From positions 5,159 to 69,158 of the forward strand of contig CAYONI010000003.1 of NCBI GenBank assembly GCA_964405295.1: DNA of 64,000 nucleotides. Direction: 5' to 3'. The number at the start of each line of letters is the position of its first letter. The first letter of the stretch is position 1. Below, one piece after another: positions 57,118 through 64,000 of the stretch. The notes beneath the pieces were generated by a model. That model was given only the letters and a program-made list of their open reading frames with translations. It was not told the origin of the DNA and did no database searches. This stretch comes from an uncultured Methanosarcinales archaeon (GTDB lineage Archaea > Nanobdellota > Nanobdellia > Woesearchaeales > CAYZNE01). The translations under genes were made by a program, and so were the position numbers.

Positions 57118-57164
57118 TTAAAATGCTCAATAATTTAACAATTTATTGGCACCGGAAAAATCGG
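57118..57164 (+). repeat. Copy 5 of the dispersed hairpin element: aaaATGCTCAATAATTtaacAATTTATTGGCACCGGaaaaaTCGG
   Basis: Between convergent stops. Confidence 0.7.
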
Positions 57165-57166
57165 AA

Positions 57167-57757
57167 TTATTCCTTAATCAACTTATACTTCTTAAGAAAC
57201 TCTCTGTAAACTATGAAGTCTTCAGAGTTCTTGAATTCAGCTTTCTCTTTTGCAGGAAGTTTTTCTAACCACTTATTAAGAGATTGAAAGGTTTTCTTTG
57301 TATCCTCAATAACATTTGAAGTATCACCATACAATTGAGCTTCAATTAATTCTTCATCAATATCTTCAGATGCAAGTTTTCTAGGAAATAACCTACTAAA
57401 GAATCTCATTAAAGAACTTTCAGTTTGTCTTTCGATTTCATCAAAATCCTCTTCAAAATCTTCTTCAGCAATAGCTGTTTCAATAGGAACATCTTCTTCA
57501 TACTGCTCTTCTAATTCCATAACATCTGTGGTTTTATTTCTTTTGAAAAGGGATATTAAGAATTTTTTAAATCCCCCTTCTTGTTTTTCTTCAATAATTA
57601 TTTCATCATCAGGAAGATTATTAATATTAGTTGAAGAGCTAGAAACCTTTGCACTGCCATTAGAATAATCAACAGGATCAGTTCTTTTCTTTCTAATCTT
57701 TCTCAAATAATTATCCATATCTAAGTTAAATTCTGAATTTGCCATTATATTAAACAC
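57167..57757 (-). CDS. Acidic hypothetical protein (196 aa)
   Basis: ORF only. Glu/Asp-rich. Confidence 0.3.
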   Translation of the reverse strand: MFNIMANSEFNLDMDNYLRKIRKKRTDPVDYSNGSAKVSSSSTNINNLPDDEIIIEEKQEGGFKKFLISLFKRNKTTDVMELEEQYEEDVPIETAIAEEDFEEDFDEIERQTESSLMRFFSRLFPRKLASEDIDEELIEAQLYGDTSNVIEDTKKTFQSLNKWLEKLPAKEKAEFKNSEDFIVYREFLKKYKLIKE

Positions 57758-57986
57758 CCCAAAATATGATAAATTAACACAAAAACCTAAGATTTTTGGT
57801 CATTACAATTTGAATCCTACAACAAACTGTGAAGTATTAAACTCAAGTTGTAATAAAAAATTAATTAATTTCTTTAAAAAGTTTTATATAAAAATAAATG
57901 TGAACACTGGGATTCATACTTAGAAATAAAAGATTCCTGGCAGGTCTTCACAGACGCACTCCTTTCGAATCCCAAAGGATTCAAAA

Positions 57987-58060
57987 TGGGGACGGAGGGA
58001 TTCGAACCCCCATCCGAGGCTCTGGAGGCCACTATTCTAGCCAGATTATACTACGTCCCC
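57987..58060 (-). tRNA. tRNA-Trp (anticodon CCA), 74 nt, intronless
   Basis: Minus strand. Acceptor GGGGACG/CGTCCCC. Anticodon loop CTCCAGA. T arm GGGGG-TTCGAAT-CCCTC. Discriminator A. The D stem is AU-rich and weak, and the anticodon stem has one U-U mismatch. Confidence 0.65.
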
Positions 58061-58150
58061 AAATATAACACAATAAAGAAAATCTTGTCCTTTTTAAAAC
58101 TTACTCGTATTTAACAATAATAACCTTTAAAAAGCATTTATTCTTCTTAA

Positions 58151-58233
58151 ACTTAAGCAAGTGGGAGTGCCGGAGTGGTCAAACGGGCGGGACTCAAAAT
58201 CCCGTGGCTTAGTGCCTACGGGGGTTCGAAACC
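58151..58233 (+). tRNA. tRNA-Leu (anticodon CAA), 83 nt, long variable arm
   Basis: Acceptor GTGGGAG/CTCCCAC. D stem CCG/CGG. Anticodon stem CGGGA/TCCCG with loop CTCAAAA. Variable arm TGGCTTAGTGCCTAC. T arm GGGGG-TTCGAAA-CCCTT. Discriminator A. Confidence 0.8.
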
Positions 58234-58337
58234 CTTCTCCCACATATTACTCTTTTAAAGCACTATTCTATAGAAATCTTTATATATAACAGGCCATTTA
58301 ATAGACTATATTACAATTACAATTGGGGGTATAAATT

Positions 58338-59072
58338 ATGAAATTAACACTTGCTGAACCAAGACTATTAAAAGACAGTATTTCTATTATCGCAGACCTT
58401 GTTACAGAAGCGCAGTTTAAAATAACACCAGATTCCATGGAACTGGTTGCAATGGACCCTGCTAGTGTGGCAATGGTTACATTTAAACTTTTAAGTAGTT
58501 GCTTTGAAGAATACGATGTTAAAGAAGAACAAGTTATTGCTCTAAACCTGAACAATGTAAAACAGGTTTTGAGAAGAGCAACAAATTGCAAGATAACTTT
58601 AGAACTTGTGGAAGGACATCTAAAATTTATAATGAAAGGAAGAAGCACAAAAACATTTATGCTTCCATTAATTGAGTTAGATGAAAACGAAAAGAAAATT
58701 CCTAGTCTAAACTTTGATGCAACTATTGTTATAGAATCAGGAGTTCTAACAGAAGCAATTGAAGACATGGATATTATTGGAGAAAGTATCAGCTTAGAAG
58801 TTGATAATAATTTATTCAAAGTTTCAAGTAAAGGAGATTTAAGTAAGGCAGATGTAGAAATTAAATCAGATGCAAATACCAAGATTGTCTCAGAAAAAAA
58901 GCTTAAGAGCAAATACTCAATTGAGTATCTTAAGAAAATGATTCAAGGTTCAAAACTTGCACCACAAGCAACAATGCAATTTTCAAATGATTATCCACTG
59001 AGACTTGAATACAAAGTTCTTAACAAATTACAATTAGTTTTTATTCTTGCTCCAAGAGTTGAGAATGATTAA
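58338..59072 (+). CDS. pcn: DNA polymerase sliding clamp PCNA
   Basis: 244 aa, three-domain-like pattern. N-terminus KLTLAEPRLLKDSISIIADLVTEAQFKITPDSMELVAMDPASVAMV is typical archaeal PCNA. PIP-binding region present. Confidence 0.85.
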   Translation: MKLTLAEPRLLKDSISIIADLVTEAQFKITPDSMELVAMDPASVAMVTFKLLSSCFEEYDVKEEQVIALNLNNVKQVLRRATNCKITLELVEGHLKFIMKGRSTKTFMLPLIELDENEKKIPSLNFDATIVIESGVLTEAIEDMDIIGESISLEVDNNLFKVSSKGDLSKADVEIKSDANTKIVSEKKLKSKYSIEYLKKMIQGSKLAPQATMQFSNDYPLRLEYKVLNKLQLVFILAPRVEND

Positions 59073-59098
59073 ATAAAAAATAAGGGTGTGTAAAAAAA

Positions 59099-59443
59099 AT
59101 GGTAGAAAACAAACAAACAAAAGAAATTGAAGAAGGAAAAGTATTTGCGTTTCTAGGAGTATTTCTAAGTATTGTAGGATTTGTTATTGCAATACTCGCA
59201 AAAAAAGAAAATAAATATGTAATGTACTACGCGAAACAAGGACTAGTATTATTTATTGCATACATAGTTGGATGGGTAATTACATTATTAATCGGATGGA
59301 TCCCAGTTATAGGATGGATAATCACAGGCATAATATGGATACTGTTATTCCTAATGTGGCTTATTGGATGGATTAATGCTCTTTCAGGTAAACAAAAACC
59401 ATTAATTATACTTGGAGACCTGGGCGAAAAGTTCAAAATATAA
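59099..59443 (+). CDS. DUF4870-family small membrane protein
   Basis: FAFLGVFLSIVGFVIAIL...YVMYYAKQGLVLFIAY pattern. Confidence 0.5.
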   Translation: MVENKQTKEIEEGKVFAFLGVFLSIVGFVIAILAKKENKYVMYYAKQGLVLFIAYIVGWVITLLIGWIPVIGWIITGIIWILLFLMWLIGWINALSGKQKPLIILGDLGEKFKI

Positions 59444-59499
59444 TCTTAAAAGATTATTTTTTTTATTATTTTATTATTATCACAAAAAAGAGGTGTAAC

Positions 59500-60288
59500 A
59501 TGATAATCCCTAGATTAAGTAATTTAATGACAAATGGCAAAGCATTATTTCTTGCATACGACCAAGGCCTAGAACATGGTCCTGGAGATTTCAATCTGAA
59601 AAACGTTGATCCAAAATACATTCTAGATATTGCACTAGAAGGAAAATATGACGGAATAATACTGGAACATGGTGTTGCAGAGAAATATTATCACGGAGCT
59701 TACAAAGATGTTCCTTTAATTATTAAACTTAATAGTAAAAGCTCACTTACACATATTAGCCCTATTGCAAAACAGATATGCAGTGTTAAAAGAGCAGTGC
59801 AACTTGGAGCAAAAGCAGTAGGATTTGTTATCTATGATGGAAGCAAGCAAGAACCTGAAATGTTTGAAACTTTTGGAAGAATAGTTGAAGAAGCTCACGA
59901 TTTAGGAATACCTGTTATTGCATGGATGTATCCAAGAGGAGATGCAATTCAGAATGAACTTTCTACAGAAATTCTTGCATACAGTGCGCGTATTGGATTA
60001 GAGTTAGGTGCAGATATTGTTAAAATAAAATATAATGATGACCCTGAAGGATTCAAGTGGGTTGTTAGGAATGCAGGACTAACTAAAGTTGTTGTTGCAG
60101 GCGGAAGCAAAAGGCCTGATCCAGAATTCTTGAAGATGGCTCAAGATGTTATGATTAGTGGTGCTTCAGGTATTGCAGTTGGTAGAAATGTTTGGCAGTC
60201 AGAAAATCCATTTGCACTAAGCAAAGCTCTTAGAGAAATTGTTCATGGCGGAAAGAGTACAGATGAAGTTATGCATTACTTAGAGTAA
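59500..60288 (+). CDS. Class I fructose-bisphosphate aldolase, archaeal DhnA/FbaB type (or the related ADH synthase of the aroA-prime pathway)
   Basis: 262-aa TIM barrel. LAYDQGLEHGP. Schiff-base lysine region VKIKYN. GGSKR near the C-terminus. Confidence 0.65.
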   Translation: MIIPRLSNLMTNGKALFLAYDQGLEHGPGDFNLKNVDPKYILDIALEGKYDGIILEHGVAEKYYHGAYKDVPLIIKLNSKSSLTHISPIAKQICSVKRAVQLGAKAVGFVIYDGSKQEPEMFETFGRIVEEAHDLGIPVIAWMYPRGDAIQNELSTEILAYSARIGLELGADIVKIKYNDDPEGFKWVVRNAGLTKVVVAGGSKRPDPEFLKMAQDVMISGASGIAVGRNVWQSENPFALSKALREIVHGGKSTDEVMHYLE

Positions 60289-60295
60289 AAGAAAA

Positions 60296-60385
60296 CAAAA
60301 ATGCTCAATAAACACAATAATTAAAAATTATTGGTCATTCAACAAAGTTGAATAAACTTTAATAGTTTATTGGCACCGAAAAACG
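60296..60385 (+). repeat. Copy 6 (expanded, carrying the ttggtcattcaacaaagttgaataaa module) of the dispersed hairpin element
   Basis: aaaaATGCTCAATAAACacaataattaaaaattattggtcattcaacaaagttgaataaactttaataGTTTATTGGCACCGAAAAACGG. Confidence 0.65.
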
Positions 60386-60397
60386 GAATAAAAAAAA

Positions 60398-60742
60398 TTA
60401 TCTCTTTTTCTTCTTAGATTTCTTAGCTGCAATAGCGATTGCTGTTGCAATTGCTGCTGCAACACCAGTTGCGATTAAAGCTGCTTTTTCTGGATTGTTT
60501 TTAACGTATTTTTTTACGTCTGCTTCAGCTTTTTTCATTTTTGCTTTAGCTTTCTTCAATTCAGCAATAGCTTTTTTCTCATAAATAAGAGCTCTTTTTT
60601 TTACAACTGCAATATCTTTCTTAATTACTTTCTTCACTTTTTTCTTCAAAGATGTTTTCTTTGCAACTACTTTTTTCTTAGTTACTTTCTTTTTTGGTAC
60701 ATATTTTCTTGTTACTTTCTTTTTTGCTGGCATTTTGTCCAA
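60398..60742 (-). CDS. Lys/Ala-rich basic hypothetical protein with a central hydrophobic helix
   Basis: ORF only. Confidence 0.3.
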   Translation of the reverse strand: MDKMPAKKKVTRKYVPKKKVTKKKVVAKKTSLKKKVKKVIKKDIAVVKKRALIYEKKAIAELKKAKAKMKKAEADVKKYVKNNPEKAALIATGVAAAIATAIAIAAKKSKKKKR

Positions 60743-60758
60743 CCTCCTTATTAAATAA

Positions 60759-61109
60759 TTAATCTTTTGCTTTTAAATTTGAAACAAAGACAATGATAAG
60801 TAAAACTATTCCCAAACCAAATAAAACATAGGCTCGTTCAATAGCAAGTATATCCGTAAGAAAATATAATCCTCCAAATAAAATTAATAGAAATGCAACT
60901 AACATTAATACTGCAATCATAAGCTTATTTATAGCATGATTAGTTATTCTTTTTGCTTTATGTTCAATATCAGAAGTTACAAGCTTAATCTCATGATGTA
61001 TTTTTTCTGTCACTTTTTTTAACATATTGGGCAACAGAGTTTGTTTCAATGTGGAGACAATTACATCAACTATTTTATTACTCTTTTTTTTAGTTTTTTT
61101 AACTGCCAT
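60759..61109 (-). CDS. Small membrane hypothetical protein
   Basis: ORF with two TM helices. Confidence 0.3.
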   Translation of the reverse strand: MAVKKTKKKSNKIVDVIVSTLKQTLLPNMLKKVTEKIHHEIKLVTSDIEHKAKRITNHAINKLMIAVLMLVAFLLILFGGLYFLTDILAIERAYVLFGLGIVLLIIVFVSNLKAKD

Positions 61110-61197
61110 TTAAACACTCACCTAAACCCTAAATGGAACTTTGTAATTTATAAATTATATTGTTTTTACATACTTAAAATAGTATAGAAATTAAAAA

Positions 61198-62526
61198 TTA
61201 TTTACCCATGAACTTTCTCATCATAGGATTCATATCCATCATATGTTGTTGTGCAATTTGTTCATATAACTGATAAATAATCATTACGGTTAATAGAAGT
61301 CCTGTTCCATTACTTAATGCGCCAGAAACATCAGCTAACCCTGCTAACAATCCAACTGCAATCCCTCCCATAACTGTTAGAGGTTTGATATATCTCGAGA
61401 GAACTCTTTCAAGAACCCGTTCGTCTCTTCTAAATCCAGGCATTTGTAAACCAGAATTCATAATATTTTTTGCTTGAGTTCGTGCATCCAACCCAGAAGT
61501 TTGGACCCAAAACAAACTAAAAAGAACTGCTCCGCCAATTAATATAAGTAAATATACAATTGCTTGAGCAAAATTTAATACACTAACATTTCCCTTAATA
61601 ATGAGTTCAATTAACTTTGGAGCTTGTAACCATGCTAAGATTCCTCCTCCTTGATTACCAAACAAACGACCAAACAATTGAATATTTGCCATTAATGCAG
61701 CAATCAAAATAACAGGAATATTACTAGTGTATAAGAATTTAAGTGGCCATCTTATACCATAACCTCTTACCCTACCATAACTTAAAGGAATTTCTACATT
61801 CATAGCCTGAACATAAACAACCACTAGGAAGATTGCAACAGTTGCAATTAACGAAGCAAGCATTAAACCAGCAAAAGTTGGTTCATTTGCAGCCAAAGCT
61901 TGGAATAGTGCAGGAATAGCACCAACAGAAAACTCACTTCCCTGAGCTTTAACAAAACTTAATGCTCTAATAAAAATAGATTGTGAAACATTTGCAGCAA
62001 TAAATAAACTTATACCTGAACCAAAACCCCATTTACTTATAACTTCATCCATCATCATTATAAGGAATCCACCGAGAATAAGCTGAACAATAATTAACAT
62101 AGGAGAAACTCCTGCAGTAGCTTTAAGCCCACCCATGGCAACATAAATCCAAGCTTCAAATATTATGAAAAAGATTGCTAATAACTTTTGGATACCTTGA
62201 AATCTTTTCTTTCCATTTTCAGTAGCAAGATCAAACTTAAGTATTCCAGAACCATTAAGTAATTGCAATACAATAGATGCAGTTACAATTGGGCCAATAC
62301 CTAAACTGATAAGTGAACCAAACTGAGCACCAAGAATAATAGATAAGTATTCGAATTGCTGCATAACACTTGCATCAGCACCAAATAAAGGAACCAATCC
62401 AAGAATAAAGAATAGCACAAGAGTAATTAAAGTCCATTTAAGTTTTACCTTAAAAGATAACTTTTTTTCTTTAGGATGTTCAACTTCTGGAAGATTAAAG
62501 ATTAATTTATCAAATGCTGAAGCCAT
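61198..62526 (-). CDS. secY: Preprotein translocase subunit SecY
   Basis: 442 aa, 10 TM. Position immediately downstream of L15. Matches the N-terminal SecY consensus. Confidence 0.9.
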   Translation of the reverse strand: MASAFDKLIFNLPEVEHPKEKKLSFKVKLKWTLITLVLFFILGLVPLFGADASVMQQFEYLSIILGAQFGSLISLGIGPIVTASIVLQLLNGSGILKFDLATENGKKRFQGIQKLLAIFFIIFEAWIYVAMGGLKATAGVSPMLIIVQLILGGFLIMMMDEVISKWGFGSGISLFIAANVSQSIFIRALSFVKAQGSEFSVGAIPALFQALAANEPTFAGLMLASLIATVAIFLVVVYVQAMNVEIPLSYGRVRGYGIRWPLKFLYTSNIPVILIAALMANIQLFGRLFGNQGGGILAWLQAPKLIELIIKGNVSVLNFAQAIVYLLILIGGAVLFSLFWVQTSGLDARTQAKNIMNSGLQMPGFRRDERVLERVLSRYIKPLTVMGGIAVGLLAGLADVSGALSNGTGLLLTVMIIYQLYEQIAQQHMMDMNPMMRKFMGK

Positions 62527-62636
62527 TTATACACCATAACGATTGTCATTCTCAAAAAAGCTATGCTTTTTTGGAAGATATTCTTTTTAATTGAATACTC
62601 TAATTTAACTAATAAAATAATATCATTTAAATAATT

Positions 62637-63197
62637 TTACTCTTTTTTAGGTTGAGCTCGAGGCTTTTCAGACTCTTTCTTAACTTCTTTCTTAACTTCT
62701 TTCTTAACTTCTTTCTTAACTTCTTTCTTAACTTCTTTCTTAACTTCTTTTACTTTAATAGTTGGCAAAATAATTTTTCCACCTGAAGTTTCAACCTTTT
62801 TGATAGCTAATTTTGAAGCGCTAGTAACAGTTATTTCCATTTTCTTTGTTACTTTCCCTGCCCCAAGAAGTTTATCTACTTTGATATCTGATAAATTAAT
62901 AGTATAGATCCCCGCTTTTAATAGAGCTTTATTTTTTGCAACAAACCTATCTATCTTAGTATCTAACTCAATAATATTAATAGTTTTACAATCATTTCTT
63001 ACTTTACTTGTGAAACCAATTTTTTGGTATCTCTTTTTGTCCTTCCAGAAACTAGGCTTTTTAGCATCTCCTCTTTTACCAGAACCTGCTTCTCCTCTTC
63101 CTCCTCTATGACCTGCTCCTCTGTGCTTTTTCTTTGCACCCCAGCCATGAGATGAAGTTCCTCTTTGCCTACTAGTTTTTGTTCTTTTGGACATCAT
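62637..63197 (-). CDS. rpl15: 50S ribosomal protein L15 (uL15) with a (KEVK)n C-terminal extension
   Basis: GAGHRGGRGEAGSGKRG glycine-rich L15 motif. C-terminal KEVK tandem repeats. Confidence 0.85.
   Translation of the reverse strand: MMSKRTKTSRQRGTSSHGWGAKKKHRGAGHRGGRGEAGSGKRGDAKKPSFWKDKKRYQKIGFTSKVRNDCKTINIIELDTKIDRFVAKNKALLKAGIYTINLSDIKVDKLLGAGKVTKKMEITVTSASKLAIKKVETSGGKIILPTIKVKEVKKEVKKEVKKEVKKEVKKEVKKESEKPRAQPKKE
62672..62750. repeat. 12-bp tandem repeat (cttaacttcttt, about 6 copies) encoding the (KEVK)n tail of L15
   Basis: Seen directly; coding, not CRISPR. Confidence 0.9.
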
Positions 63198-63198
63198 T

Positions 63199-63585
63199 TT
63201 AAATCATTCTCTTCAAAAGTTCGTTAATCTTATCTTTTCTATCTCCTAGAGCACCATTTGCAGCAAAAGGTTGTTTTGTACCTTTTCTTTCAAAGCCTTT
63301 TATAGGAGGATTTAACTTGAAAATATTTTTGATTTTACCATCAGCATCCTTCTTTCCTCTTTTTTCAACAAGAAGGTTGTAAGTTTCTTCATCAATATTT
63401 CCATAAGTAATATAATCTTTTAATTTAACAGCCATTCCCCTAATCACAGAAGTATCAGCATATACAACACAAGTATTTTTCTTAAATAATCTTAAAAGTT
63501 CAGCAGTTTTTTTCATATCTCTATGCATGCCTATTTTTCCTCTAATTAAAATAATTGCAATTTTTTTATCTTCAGTATCTGCCAT
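63199..63585 (-). CDS. rpl30: 50S ribosomal protein L30 (uL30)
   Basis: IAIILIRGKIGMHRDMKKTAELLRL is the L30 N-terminal motif. Conserved position between S5 and L15. Confidence 0.8.
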   Translation of the reverse strand: MADTEDKKIAIILIRGKIGMHRDMKKTAELLRLFKKNTCVVYADTSVIRGMAVKLKDYITYGNIDEETYNLLVEKRGKKDADGKIKNIFKLNPPIKGFERKGTKQPFAANGALGDRKDKINELLKRMI

Positions 63586-63594
63586 CTTGTAACC

Positions 63595-64000
63595 TTATTC
63601 TTTTTTAATTGTTTTATTCAGCTCTGTTAAGTTATCAATAGACTTGTCTTTTGATTTCTTTACTTTAGCTGGAGCTTTTTCTTTAGACACAGGCTTCTTC
63701 TTAACAACCTTTTTTTCTTTTTTAGGTTCCTGTGGAGCCAATAAATCTTTTGATTTATTCAACTTTGTTGAATGACCAATAATGTTTTCGTTATTGTGTT
63801 TATTGAGTTTAACTTCTTCTGCTTCTTTTACCTCTTCAGCAACTTCCTCTGCCTTAACAATAACTTTCTTTTTCTTTTTATTAACTGAATGATCAACAAT
63901 TGAAGTATTTGTAGCATCAATTTCTCTAACTTTTGTTGTTGTTAATTTTCTTAATGCTTTTTCTGTAGCCATTAAAAGATTTATTCTGTTTTTTGTTTGA
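63595..64000 (-). CDS. rps5: 30S ribosomal protein S5 (uS5), 3' part only; continues beyond the window. Carries an unusual Lys-rich C-terminal extension of about 100 aa.
   Basis: The frame is open upstream of the track's Met to the window edge. TKNRINLLMATEKALRKLTT matches the conserved S5 C-terminal region (TRINL.KATF.AL). Conserved S5-L30-L15-SecY order. Confidence 0.6.
   Translation of the reverse strand, partial: QTKNRINLLMATEKALRKLTTTKVREIDATNTSIVDHSVNKKKKKVIVKAEEVAEEVKEAEEVKLNKHNNENIIGHSTKLNKSKDLLAPQEPKKEKKVVKKKPVSKEKAPAKVKKSKDKSIDNLTELNKTIKKE

Noticed and set aside
58298-58912. 204-aa minus-strand ORF
   Set aside because: It is antisense to the well-supported PCNA gene and has no motifs, so it is a spurious shadow ORF. 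The same applies to the short antisense ORFs within FEN-1 (3237-3807), the CoADR gene, purA, the ECF ATPase and others in the track.
62672-62750. Regular short tandem repeats (also 26400-26460 and 6001-6075) considered as possible CRISPR arrays
   Set aside because: The periods are 12, 12 and 45 bp with no spacers, and all lie inside coding sequences. These are coding repeats, not CRISPR.

Overview
This is an AT-rich (roughly 30% GC) segment of an archaeal chromosome, most likely from a small-genome DPANN-type archaeon. The archaeal assignment rests on an RNA polymerase Rpo6/RpoK subunit, ribosomal protein S3Ae, FEN-1, PCNA, aRF1 with NIKS and GGQ motifs, a SecY-L15-L30-S5 ribosomal cluster, and tRNA genes carrying anticodon-arm introns. 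I call about 80 protein genes and 7 tRNAs: Ser-GGA, Gly-GCC, Val-TAC, Leu-TAA with a 28-nt intron, an intron-containing tRNA with an unusual CUAGUAA loop, Trp-CCA and Leu-CAA. I see no rRNA, CRISPR array, transposase or integrase.

Housekeeping content includes FEN-1, an IMPACT/YigZ protein, RpoK, S3Ae, a DEAD-box helicase, a long-form PurA, an ECF transporter, an ABC/FtsX exporter set, M18 and M24 peptidases, aRF1, a YchF-like GTPase, PCNA, a class I aldolase, SecY and ribosomal proteins.

The points that deserve a second look are these:
1. A dispersed, structurally covarying hairpin element (aATGCTCAATAAAC...GTTTATTGGCACCGAAAAnCGG) sits in fixed orientation just downstream of at least 8 genes.
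2. A block of hypothetical genes at 37.5-42.7 kb lies between a PadR operon and two tRNA genes. It contains a three-gene overlapping operon with a 4-TM protein, a protein with a C-terminal RNxxAH (HEPN/Abi-like) motif, a small hydrophobic ORF and a GC-rich RNA-like element. I read it as a candidate novel defence or accessory island.
3. A bacterial-type DnaE (Pol III alpha with PHP domain) is embedded between archaeal genes.
4. A conserved but uncharacterised redox/metal cluster contains two NifX-like genes, a CoADR/Nox-type oxidoreductase, a split DUF318 permease and a DUF134 regulator fused to a DUF5320-like Gly/Arg tail. It carries an 18-bp perfect palindromic operator, an unannotated zinc-ribbon micro-ORF and a GC-rich structured RNA.
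5. A class II aminoacyl-tRNA-synthetase-like paralog is divergently paired with an S51 peptidase.
6. Several ribosomal proteins carry lysine-rich C-terminal tails encoded by short tandem nucleotide repeats.

All functional calls are from motif recognition by eye; no database searches were run.
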